From positions 1 to 64,000 of the IMG/VR virus record IMGVR_UViG_3300007276_000043: a stretch of 64,000 nucleotides of DNA; one strand, 5' to 3'. Below the pieces are notes generated by a model. That model was given only the letters and a program-made list of their open reading frames with translations, made no database searches and had not been told where the DNA came from. The stretch is from a virus. Position numbers and translations under genes: made by a program. How positions within the stretch are numbered: position 1 is the first letter of the stretch; each line of letters opens with the position of its first letter. Positions 44,922 to 52,715 of this stretch are shown piece after piece.

Positions 44922-46373
44922 CTATTGTTCAGGTTTCAGTTTTTTTATCAAGTCGTTTGCTGTCTTTTTATATTCCTCTATGTCCGTCCAACCTTGTTCT
45001 GGGAACATAATATTATTTGGAGCATAGTTTACCAATGGGATTGAGAATCCCGTGTATCGATGTTTAGTAAACATAACCTTAGAGAACTCGCCTGTCAAGA
45101 TTAAATTAATAATTTTTCTTGTTATCTCTAGAGAAATTCTTTTTCCTTTTCCGTAACCACCACCAGTCCAACCAGTATTAACAAGCCAGCAGTTAATATT
45201 GTGTTCTTCTATTTTGTTCTTCAGTAAGTTAGCATATGTATCAACCTTTAAAGGCATAAATGGTTGTCCGAAACAGGCTGAGAAGGTTGGGACAGGCTCT
45301 TTAACACCTTTCTCAGTTCCAGCAACTTTAGCAGTATATCCAAGTTTAAATTGCTGAACTGCTTCTTCTGTGGATAATTTCATCACTGGCGGTAGAACTC
45401 CGAAAGCATCACAAGTCAACATAACAATGTTTTTAGGGTGCTTATTAACATAGCCCATTATATGGGAATTGGGCACCACATCCGTTGAATAAGAGGCTCT
45501 ACCGTTCTCTGTGATGGACCCATCATCAAAGTCGGGCTTACCGTCTTTCATTACAACATTTTCCAATATCGTTCCTACCGACTTACAAGCATTCCAGATC
45601 TCTGGTTCTCCTGTTTCTGAAAGGCGAATGGTTTTAGCGTAACAGCCGCCTTCGATATTTGTAAGACCATTATCTGTCCAAAGGTGTTCATCATCGCCAA
45701 TTAAGACTCTATTGGGGTCAGCAGATAGGGTTGTTTTACCTGTGCCTGATAATCCAAAGAAAATAGTTGGATTTTCATTGCCCTTATCAACGTTCACAGA
45801 ACAATGCATTGGTAGAAAGCCTTTACTCGGTGTTAAAAAATTGATAAGAGTAAAAGCCGCTTTCTTGATTTCACCAGCATAATAAGTTCCAGAAATAAGA
45901 ATTAACTTTTCTGATACTGAAATCATTACCCTTGGTTCGTCTAAAAGTGACGGCAAGTGTAAAATAGTATATATATCAGTGACTTCCGGCGAATCTATAA
46001 CTTGTTCTTTTGTGATAAACATATTCCTAACAAACTGTGAGTGTCTCGCATATTCCGTATATACACGGAATCCAATTGCATGCTCAGGGTCTCTTATTAG
46101 AAGAGCGTCTTGTAAGTAAACTTCTTTATCTTTGACTGTGTTTAAGAACTTTCTCTTCATTTTATTAAAAGCACCTTTGGTCATTTTTTGATTCTCGGAC
46201 CAATCTACTTTTGTTTTTGTTTGCTTCTCATTAACAATATACTTTGCTGTTGGGCAGCGACCAGTATATTCACCAGTATAAGTGACGAGTGCTCCGTCTT
46301 CCGTTAAAGAACAACCTTCTTTTTCTATGGCGATCTCTAACAGTTTCGGTGTTTCTAAATTTTTATAAATCAT
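44922..46373 (-). CDS. pckA: Phosphoenolpyruvate carboxykinase (ATP)
   Basis: TGR.P..K, GTYYAGEIKK, MHCS, FFGLSGTGKTTLS, LIGDDEHLW, NIEGGCYAK, TENGRASY, LTCDAFGVLPP, GYTAKVAGTE, FSACFG, WLVNTGWTGG. Confidence 0.95.
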   Translation of the reverse strand: MIYKNLETPKLLEIAIEKEGCSLTEDGALVTYTGEYTGRCPTAKYIVNEKQTKTKVDWSENQKMTKGAFNKMKRKFLNTVKDKEVYLQDALLIRDPEHAIGFRVYTEYARHSQFVRNMFITKEQVIDSPEVTDIYTILHLPSLLDEPRVMISVSEKLILISGTYYAGEIKKAAFTLINFLTPSKGFLPMHCSVNVDKGNENPTIFFGLSGTGKTTLSADPNRVLIGDDEHLWTDNGLTNIEGGCYAKTIRLSETGEPEIWNACKSVGTILENVVMKDGKPDFDDGSITENGRASYSTDVVPNSHIMGYVNKHPKNIVMLTCDAFGVLPPVMKLSTEEAVQQFKLGYTAKVAGTEKGVKEPVPTFSACFGQPFMPLKVDTYANLLKNKIEEHNINCWLVNTGWTGGGYGKGKRISLEITRKIINLILTGEFSKVMFTKHRYTGFSIPLVNYAPNNIMFPEQGWTDIEEYKKTANDLIKKLKPEQ

Positions 46374-47308
46374 AAATTCCTCAAAGCATTAATTAGAAAA
46401 AAATTGTCGTAATCTACCGACTTTGCTTGGTTTTTTCTCTCAATAAAAACGTCATGAGACATAGAACCAACGTCCTCACAACCAGAGGTATCTATTTCAA
46501 GCAACTCGATATCATATTGTAGCATATTTTTAACGATTTGTCCAGTCTTTTTTTTCGCGTCTTCGTCTAAAGCCAAGTAAACTGGTGTATCATTTATCGC
46601 AATTGCTTGAAATAGTTTGGTGTTTTCTCGGAGAGTTGAGCCGAGAATAGGAATAGCGTTTTCCCCAGCCACTATGGCGTCAAAAACTCCTTCTACGAGG
46701 ATCACCGGACTATCCCAGTCTACAGAAAGTTGATTGAATATTATGTCCTTCTCGGCTGTTGGATTGAGATACTTTCTCTGGTGACCAACATACGATCTCG
46801 CAATAAAATAATTAACATTTCCGTCGTTGTTAAAAGACGGTATAATTACTCTGCCGCCGAAACGACCATCGTCACAATAACCAATCTTCCATTTCAATAT
46901 TTGTTCTCTGGTTATTCCTCTCAATTGAAGATAGTTGAGAACTCTTTTGGAGGAGTAGGGCAGGTGCTTGTTACAAAGAGAGATAAATTTCTCTGGTAGT
47001 TCAATTACTTGCTCTTCTTCTACATCATTCATTTCTGCGAAGATATTCTCAAATTCGTTTAAATCAAGACGACCTTCAAGTTCAAGCCACTTCTGTCGTT
47101 GTTGGTATGTTCCAAATTTACGAACAAGACGATAAATGTTCTTGCCGCTAGCAGAACATACCCAACATTTATAGCAACCTTTCGCAAAATTAACGGACAT
47201 TTTCTTTTTGTGGTGATTACAAACTGGGCAAGAAAAAATAAACTCGTCTCTAGACTTTCTATAAGATCCAAGTATATTACAAATAATCTTCTTTTTTTGC
47301 TCAAACAT
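46370..47308 (-). CDS. DNA primase (DnaG/gp61-like, Zn finger plus TOPRIM)
   Basis: CPVC..H...CWVC, YL..RGI, GRVIIP, EGVFDA, LALDEDA, EDVGSM. Confidence 0.9.
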   Translation of the reverse strand: MFEQKKKIICNILGSYRKSRDEFIFSCPVCNHHKKKMSVNFAKGCYKCWVCSASGKNIYRLVRKFGTYQQRQKWLELEGRLDLNEFENIFAEMNDVEEEQVIELPEKFISLCNKHLPYSSKRVLNYLQLRGITREQILKWKIGYCDDGRFGGRVIIPSFNNDGNVNYFIARSYVGHQRKYLNPTAEKDIIFNQLSVDWDSPVILVEGVFDAIVAGENAIPILGSTLRENTKLFQAIAINDTPVYLALDEDAKKKTGQIVKNMLQYDIELLEIDTSGCEDVGSMSHDVFIERKNQAKSVDYDNFFLINALRNL

Positions 47309-47326
47309 AAGTCACCTCTCAAAAAC

Positions 47327-47354
47327 AACATAACATATTATATTATTTTGTCAA
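47327..47354 (-). promoter_or_regulatory. Sigma70-type promoter upstream of primase-pckA-sbcDC
   Basis: Minus strand TTGACA-16-TATGTT with extended -10 TG. Confidence 0.6.
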
Positions 47355-47965
47355 GAAGAAACGATTATTCTCATAAAGTCATCATACATTGCTGGTAGTG
47401 GGAGGGCTTTTTCTACCTCTTCTTTATTTCCATCAGCAATAGCATTTCTTAAGTTTGTGGCTGATATTTCATCGGCATTAACTGTAATTGGGGGTAAATC
47501 TGTCTGGGCATTGTTATAGTCTTTTGTTATCTTTGCGAACTTCTCTCCACGACCAGCATCTTTTGATGAGTGACCAAGAGCAAACACCTTGCCTTGAAAT
47601 AAAGCAGGGTCGGCGTCCTTTACAAAATCAATAGCATCGGCAAATGGATTTTCATACTCTTTGCCTTTGCTTGAGATTCTTGAAGACGATCTAATCAACT
47701 CAACCTTGGGATCTTTGGTAACTCCGTAAAGATCAAATATTTTAAGAGTTTTATCAACATCAAAAGACATCGTTCCGTCGTCACTTTGTCTCGGAGCAGA
47801 ACCAACAAACACAAATACCTTCTCGACATCGGGGTGTTCGGCATATTTTCTGATCATTTGAAGGTGACCTTTATGTGGAGGTTTATACCCACCGGGCAAA
47901 AGAATAATATATTTATCTTTTTCTTCGGTTAAGAATCTTCTCCAATTTTCAAACAGTCTTCTCAT
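47351..47965 (-). CDS. Cytidylyltransferase-like (HxGH nucleotidyltransferase) protein with MRRLFENWRRFLTEE leader
   Basis: LLPGGYKPPHKGH and ISATNLRNAI. Confidence 0.75.
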   Translation of the reverse strand: MRRLFENWRRFLTEEKDKYIILLPGGYKPPHKGHLQMIRKYAEHPDVEKVFVFVGSAPRQSDDGTMSFDVDKTLKIFDLYGVTKDPKVELIRSSSRISSKGKEYENPFADAIDFVKDADPALFQGKVFALGHSSKDAGRGEKFAKITKDYNNAQTDLPPITVNADEISATNLRNAIADGNKEEVEKALPLPAMYDDFMRIIVSS

Positions 47966-48303
47966 AATAAGGCTTTCCTTTCATTATAAATAGCCATTAT
48001 TCTATAAAGAGACTCCAAAGCATCAGGATCAAGATATCTTTGTGGTATTCCGATTACCTCTAAAGACATTGTTATTGAAGCCTTTTCGTTTACCTCTAAG
48101 AATGCAAATTTAAAATAATTTGCTCTTTCCTCAACTTGTTGTTCGTAATCTTCAGCCTCATTATCAAGGCTCATATCTTGAAAAGCAAGGTATTCAAACC
48201 ATTCGTATAATTCTTCCGCTGCTTTATTAAGAGCATATCGGTTTAGATTAACAACTTTGCTATTATCTACTGATTTGTTCCACTCTTCAAAGTGCTTTTT
48301 CAT
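47962..48303 (-). CDS. Hypothetical protein with MKKHFEEW leader
   Basis: Overlap-coupled ORF. Confidence 0.55.
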   Translation of the reverse strand: MKKHFEEWNKSVDNSKVVNLNRYALNKAAEELYEWFEYLAFQDMSLDNEAEDYEQQVEERANYFKFAFLEVNEKASITMSLEVIGIPQRYLDPDALESLYRIMAIYNERKALL

Positions 48304-48304
48304 T

Positions 48305-48826
48305 TTACTCTTTTACGAAATCAAGCGTTCCCTTGTTGGCATCACGAACTCTTTGTTGCATAGTTTTAGATGAAGCATCGTCTTCTTTCTCTGCTTGGTC
48401 GGCTGAGACTTTGCCCTGGAGTTTATCTACTTTTAATTTTAATGCTTGTAGTGCTTCCGGTGAATCAACTTGGCTAGCCATTTGATCAACTAAATAAGCA
48501 TCAGCCATTTGATCTTTCTCAAGATCTCCAAAACTAAGTTTTTCTGCTGGGTTGCTTGCTATGTCTTTTGCTAAATCTGCTGCACCTTTCAAAGAAGTGT
48601 CTTTTTGTGAAAGTATCTGAAGAGCACTGGAGACGACATCCATAGTTGCATCATCAGCATTCTCAAATCCAGCACCCATAGCATTAGGGCTGAAACCCAT
48701 ACCTAAGCCCAATAGGAGAGCGGCGATCTTCTGCTTCATTCCTTCTTCAAGCAATTCTTGTTCGGTTTTCTCAGGAGTTGAAAAATTTCTCCAACCTTCC
48801 ATGATAAGTTTCATATCTTTAGACAT
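48305..48826 (-). CDS. Protein with MKLIMEGWRNF leader and internal signal-peptide-like segment
   Basis: ...ELLEEGMKQKIAALLLGLGMGFSPNAMGA; late motif upstream. Confidence 0.6.
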   Translation of the reverse strand: MSKDMKLIMEGWRNFSTPEKTEQELLEEGMKQKIAALLLGLGMGFSPNAMGAGFENADDATMDVVSSALQILSQKDTSLKGAADLAKDIASNPAEKLSFGDLEKDQMADAYLVDQMASQVDSPEALQALKLKVDKLQGKVSADQAEKEDDASSKTMQQRVRDANKGTLDFVKE

Positions 48827-48856
48827 AATAAATCCTCTTAATTTATCCTTAATTAG

Positions 48857-49402
48857 TTATGAATTTAGGATTATTCCTGCTAAAGCAACAACAACAGCAT
48901 CGGCTTTATCGTCTGTTCCCGGCTTGGGATTTCCATATCTCGTAAGTTCATAATTAAAATCTTCTGGATATTCATTTTTAACCCACTCTATAACTTTCTT
49001 TTTTGTGTCTTCGCCTCTTTTGATCTTGAGACCAACGGCTCCTCTTGCTTTGTTTGCGGCGATCAACTCGGCATCAAAACCAAATTGCTTCCTTACCATA
49101 AAAGAGATCATACCATTAAATCGCTGAAGTTTGCTCATCGTCATAGCGGTTGTTTTTCCACCGGAGAACATCATAAACGGAGACTCAATGTAAACTTTAG
49201 TGATATTGAATCTGTTCTTCTTGTTGATGTAATTATATGCATTAAGAGAAGAGAGGGTGTGTTCAACGACCAAGCACCTATCTTCCAATGAGGTTTTGTT
49301 ATCTAATTTTATTGTTTCAGATTTTACGAGGTTTTTGTTAGTATCAAGTATAGATAACCCTAATTTACTTGTGCTAACATCCAAGCCTAAAATATAATTC
49401 AT
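48857..49402 (-). CDS. RuvC-like Holliday junction resolvase; start refined to MNYILGLD
   Basis: ILGLDVST, YIESP, DDKADAVVVA acidic RNase H-fold residues. The track start at 49438 is the TTG of a -35 box. Confidence 0.8.
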   Translation of the reverse strand: MNYILGLDVSTSKLGLSILDTNKNLVKSETIKLDNKTSLEDRCLVVEHTLSSLNAYNYINKKNRFNITKVYIESPFMMFSGGKTTAMTMSKLQRFNGMISFMVRKQFGFDAELIAANKARGAVGLKIKRGEDTKKKVIEWVKNEYPEDFNYELTRYGNPKPGTDDKADAVVVALAGIILNS

Positions 49403-49409
49403 AACATTT

Positions 49410-49438
49410 ATTATAACATTAAATTTATTAAATGTCAA
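49410..49438 (-). promoter_or_regulatory. Consensus sigma70 promoter TTGACA-17-TATAAT with extended -10 TG
   Basis: Minus strand TTGACA tttaataaatttaatgt TATAAT aaatgtt ATG. Confidence 0.85.
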
Positions 49439-50579
49439 GTTTTAGTTTAAAAGTATATTGATCTGCTTCTGTCTTGCGAACAGGAGTTGCCATTTTGGCT
49501 ATTCCAATAAGGTTTTTATCTTTGTCGTAAATTCCAACTTTTGATAGATATGTCGTCTTTTCAAACTTTGGTTCTTCGTCAGTAAATGAAGAACTTACAA
49601 TATTTCGTATTTCTTTTGCTTGCTCAATATATTGATATGAGCCTGTGGAAACAGATAAGGAGTCTGATGAAGAAACAAATGTTGGATTTGTTGAATGGTT
49701 AAGTTCGCCATACTTGGCATGAGCAAGCATTGTCATTGTCTGAAATTGGTTTGATCCTGAGAACTCTAAAGAATAACTTGCCGACAAGGTGGTTAAAGCG
49801 ACTGAGGCGGCATCGTGAACTCCAAATCCATAATAAATCCATTTAGAAGTCTGTGCGGCTGCTGGGTCATATTTGATTGTGGTGCTGTCTAATTCCCAAC
49901 TTCCTGTGAGAGCCACAAAACCTTCGTTATAAAGAACAACACCAGCCACAGAACCTGATCCTGTTGACCCCACAGGTCCTATCTGAACCAAGTCACCATT
50001 CTCTCTATAATCACTTAGTTCGCCGATTAATGTTCCAGTTATATAATACTTTAAATTTACAGTTCCTTTTTTAATTGAAGATCCATAAAAAATAGAAGGA
50101 ATTGTTATTAAATTTACTGTCTGGTTTGCTTTGTCTCCAAGGGACGAGGAATATTGATAATGCGGAGACAAATATGAATAATGGTTAAATGTATTCTCTA
50201 ATGCTTTTATAGAGGCTGAATTGGAAGTTGCAGAAGCTATTATGCGGCCAATACTAGCAGACATGCTATATGAAGAAGTAATTATATCGCCATATTGTGC
50301 TGAATTATATGAAGCAGTTGGTGTGACTTTGAAGCCGTCTTTCATGCCGTTTTTAAATAAAAACGGATATACACTATTGCCAGCCGGTCTATCAATATTA
50401 TATTCATACAACGAAATAAATCCAGCAGGCACCCCAATGTGATTTGCGGTGTTTTGCCCTGCTAAGTTCGGGAAATTATTAATATATACTGTTCCACTTT
50501 GAATGTAAAACTTATTTTGCGGGTAAGCCTCAACAGTGTTTAAAAACAGATCGTCTTCTTCAAATTTATAAAAAGCCAT
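49428..50579 (-). CDS. Putative baseplate/tail structural protein
   Basis: C-terminal TYLSKVGIYDKDKNLIGIAKMATPVRK...FKLKLDI; paralogous to 50626..51720. Confidence 0.6.
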   Translation of the reverse strand: MAFYKFEEDDLFLNTVEAYPQNKFYIQSGTVYINNFPNLAGQNTANHIGVPAGFISLYEYNIDRPAGNSVYPFLFKNGMKDGFKVTPTASYNSAQYGDIITSSYSMSASIGRIIASATSNSASIKALENTFNHYSYLSPHYQYSSSLGDKANQTVNLITIPSIFYGSSIKKGTVNLKYYITGTLIGELSDYRENGDLVQIGPVGSTGSGSVAGVVLYNEGFVALTGSWELDSTTIKYDPAAAQTSKWIYYGFGVHDAASVALTTLSASYSLEFSGSNQFQTMTMLAHAKYGELNHSTNPTFVSSSDSLSVSTGSYQYIEQAKEIRNIVSSSFTDEEPKFEKTTYLSKVGIYDKDKNLIGIAKMATPVRKTEADQYTFKLKLDI

Positions 50580-50625
50580 TTATCAACCTCTCTCTTAAAT
50601 AGTTTTATTGAGGTTTATTGCTAGA

Positions 50626-51720
50626 TCAGTAATCCAATCTAACACGAATGGTAAATTCGTTATCAGGAGTCTTCTTAAGGGGTTCAGATAATTTAGAAAC
50701 AGCCATCAACTCATTGTTGTCGCTATAGAGACCAACAGTAGTGATATATGAAACAGGCAGATCTGTTGTTTTTGTCTTTACTCGAATTTTACTTCCACTC
50801 AAATATGTTGGGTTAGAAGAATAATTGAATTCATTATGATTTACACGACAGAAATACACTGTTGAGTTTAGTTCTACTGTGTTGTTGAACTGTAGGTTAT
50901 ATAAACGTGCCCTGATTGCATCGGCGGAACCTGATATACTAGATCCGGTAATAAATTGAAACCCTGTTGGGCCAGTAGAATAGCCCATCTGGACAGACCC
51001 TGAAGTATTGCTTATAATTCCACCTTGCGTTGCTGAATTGAAAATAGACCCTGATATAACTGCTACTCCAGCTTGGTAAAATAATAATCCAACGGGGTAA
51101 CTTTTATTTTCTGCTAATACTTTTATACCGGCACTTTGTGTTGCAAATAAAATACCATATTCTCCAACTGGTGAATTAACCAAATAGCCGCTTGATCCAC
51201 TTGCATCAGTTAACTTGATTCTTGAAGAAAAAGCAGTTCCATCTTGTGCGAAAGTTCCCGATACTCCTAGCTCCAATTCAAAAGATCCTTTTTTAATCTC
51301 ATCCTTCGTCAGTAAACGAGAAAAATTCATAAAGAAAACATTTTTTTGCTTTGATCCACCAGCAAGCAAGTCACCATCCTCATCAAATTGCAAAATAGAA
51401 CCAGTCTGATCATATCCCATAAGGACCTGGGACATCTGATTGTAAATATTAATCTTCTTTGCATTTTGTGTGTTTGCCGAGGCAGATAATCCTGAATCGT
51501 TGGAATAGCCAGCGGTTAAATCAAAAATATGATTAGCTGAGGAGCTTAAAAAAGGATAATCATAGACTGATTGAAACATTCCGTGTGAATAGTCTTTAAT
51601 ATTGGAAACACCATATGTACCAGAGACTATAGTTCCAGTTAAAGGAATAGCTTCATGAAGAAGTGTTCTTGTATTAACAATATCGTTAGATTGATTTAAT
51701 GATTTATAAAAATTGGCCAT
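50626..51720 (-). CDS. Putative baseplate/tail structural protein
   Basis: EFNYSSNPTY; C-terminal SYITTVGLYSDNNELMAVSKLSEPLKK...IRVRLDY. Confidence 0.6.
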   Translation of the reverse strand: MANFYKSLNQSNDIVNTRTLLHEAIPLTGTIVSGTYGVSNIKDYSHGMFQSVYDYPFLSSSANHIFDLTAGYSNDSGLSASANTQNAKKINIYNQMSQVLMGYDQTGSILQFDEDGDLLAGGSKQKNVFFMNFSRLLTKDEIKKGSFELELGVSGTFAQDGTAFSSRIKLTDASGSSGYLVNSPVGEYGILFATQSAGIKVLAENKSYPVGLLFYQAGVAVISGSIFNSATQGGIISNTSGSVQMGYSTGPTGFQFITGSSISGSADAIRARLYNLQFNNTVELNSTVYFCRVNHNEFNYSSNPTYLSGSKIRVKTKTTDLPVSYITTVGLYSDNNELMAVSKLSEPLKKTPDNEFTIRVRLDY

Positions 51721-51731
51721 GTTTTACTCTC

Positions 51732-52673
51732 TTATGAAATAACTGCTTTAATAAAGCGTATTGGGATATCGATAGTATATCCAGTTGACATTCCGGTGGC
51801 TCTAACCATAGTGTCTATAAAATTAACCACCGAAGCACCCGATGCCTTGTTTGTCATACCAGCGGTGCCACCAAGCTGAGTGAACAAATAGGTACTCGTA
51901 TTTAAGTCCAAACTTGCTCCAATTTTAAATTCTAATTTTGTACCTCTAGGTCCAGCGATTGTTTGTGAAGTAGAATTAGAGTCGTCTAGGTTATCAGAAA
52001 CCACATTGTCACTCGAATCAACGGTATAAAAAGCGATATTGTCGTCATCAATATAATCAGCAGCAACTCTATTTCCATTACGATCAACAATATATCCCAT
52101 TCGATTATCAATTTGAATTATATATGAACTTTCAATCATATCGCTTATTGAACTTCTTTGTTTTGGAGATATTTCTGTTGTATCTAAACCCTGGTCTATT
52201 CTAATATAATTTGAATCCTCAAAGGATTCTCCAAACAAAATACCTTGAACCTGGTCTGACCCTATATAGCCAACGGCAGAGGTTGTCCCAGCGGCATCTG
52301 TTCCTTCTGTTGAGCGATCAACAGCGACCATGAATGCACCAGAAGTATGTGTTTTAGTGTTTGTAAGATTTTGATTTAATTTTAAAACTGGTAAATAAAG
52401 CAAATTTGTATTCGCAATTGTGACAAGTTTTGTTTTCATTGAAGAACCATTATTTGTAAATGATTCAAGAACTGGCGTTTGCAAGATTTCCAAATCGTAA
52501 TATGCTGAACCTGATGTTTGGTTTGGATTATAAAGAGTATAATTAATCTCTTCGTCTCCAAGGGCAAATTTTGTGATTCGGAAAGATCCATCGCCCTTTG
52601 AAAGAACCTTTCTACCGTGATCGGTTAAAACCGCATCAAGTATTATATCACCACTGTTGTCTAAAAAAGCCAT
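51732..52673 (-). CDS. Putative baseplate/tail structural protein
   Basis: IILDAVLTDHGRKVL...ITKFALGDEEINY, a tail-collar/baseplate-type N-terminus. Confidence 0.55.
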   Translation of the reverse strand: MAFLDNSGDIILDAVLTDHGRKVLSKGDGSFRITKFALGDEEINYTLYNPNQTSGSAYYDLEILQTPVLESFTNNGSSMKTKLVTIANTNLLYLPVLKLNQNLTNTKTHTSGAFMVAVDRSTEGTDAAGTTSAVGYIGSDQVQGILFGESFEDSNYIRIDQGLDTTEISPKQRSSISDMIESSYIIQIDNRMGYIVDRNGNRVAADYIDDDNIAFYTVDSSDNVVSDNLDDSNSTSQTIAGPRGTKLEFKIGASLDLNTSTYLFTQLGGTAGMTNKASGASVVNFIDTMVRATGMSTGYTIDIPIRFIKAVIS

Positions 52674-52715
52674 TAATGAACTCCCAAATATGTCACTTTT
52701 CTCATAATAAATAGA

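Larger units (their letters stand above)
10400..52715 (-). promoter_or_regulatory. Recurrent late-promoter-like motif ACTA(T/A)TTA (dispersed copies)
   Basis: Plus-strand TAAATAGT/TAATTAGT at 10400, 12611, 15611, 18236, 18597, 19199, 22183, 24074, 26792, 30677, 31750, 35273, 41733, 48850 and 50596, with a variant at 52708. Each lies about 15-60 nt upstream of a minus-strand gene start. Confidence 0.75.

Noticed and set aside
49403-49438. N-terminal extension MTFNKFNVIINV of the resolvase
   Set aside because: It is the promoter itself. The TTG start is the -35 box.
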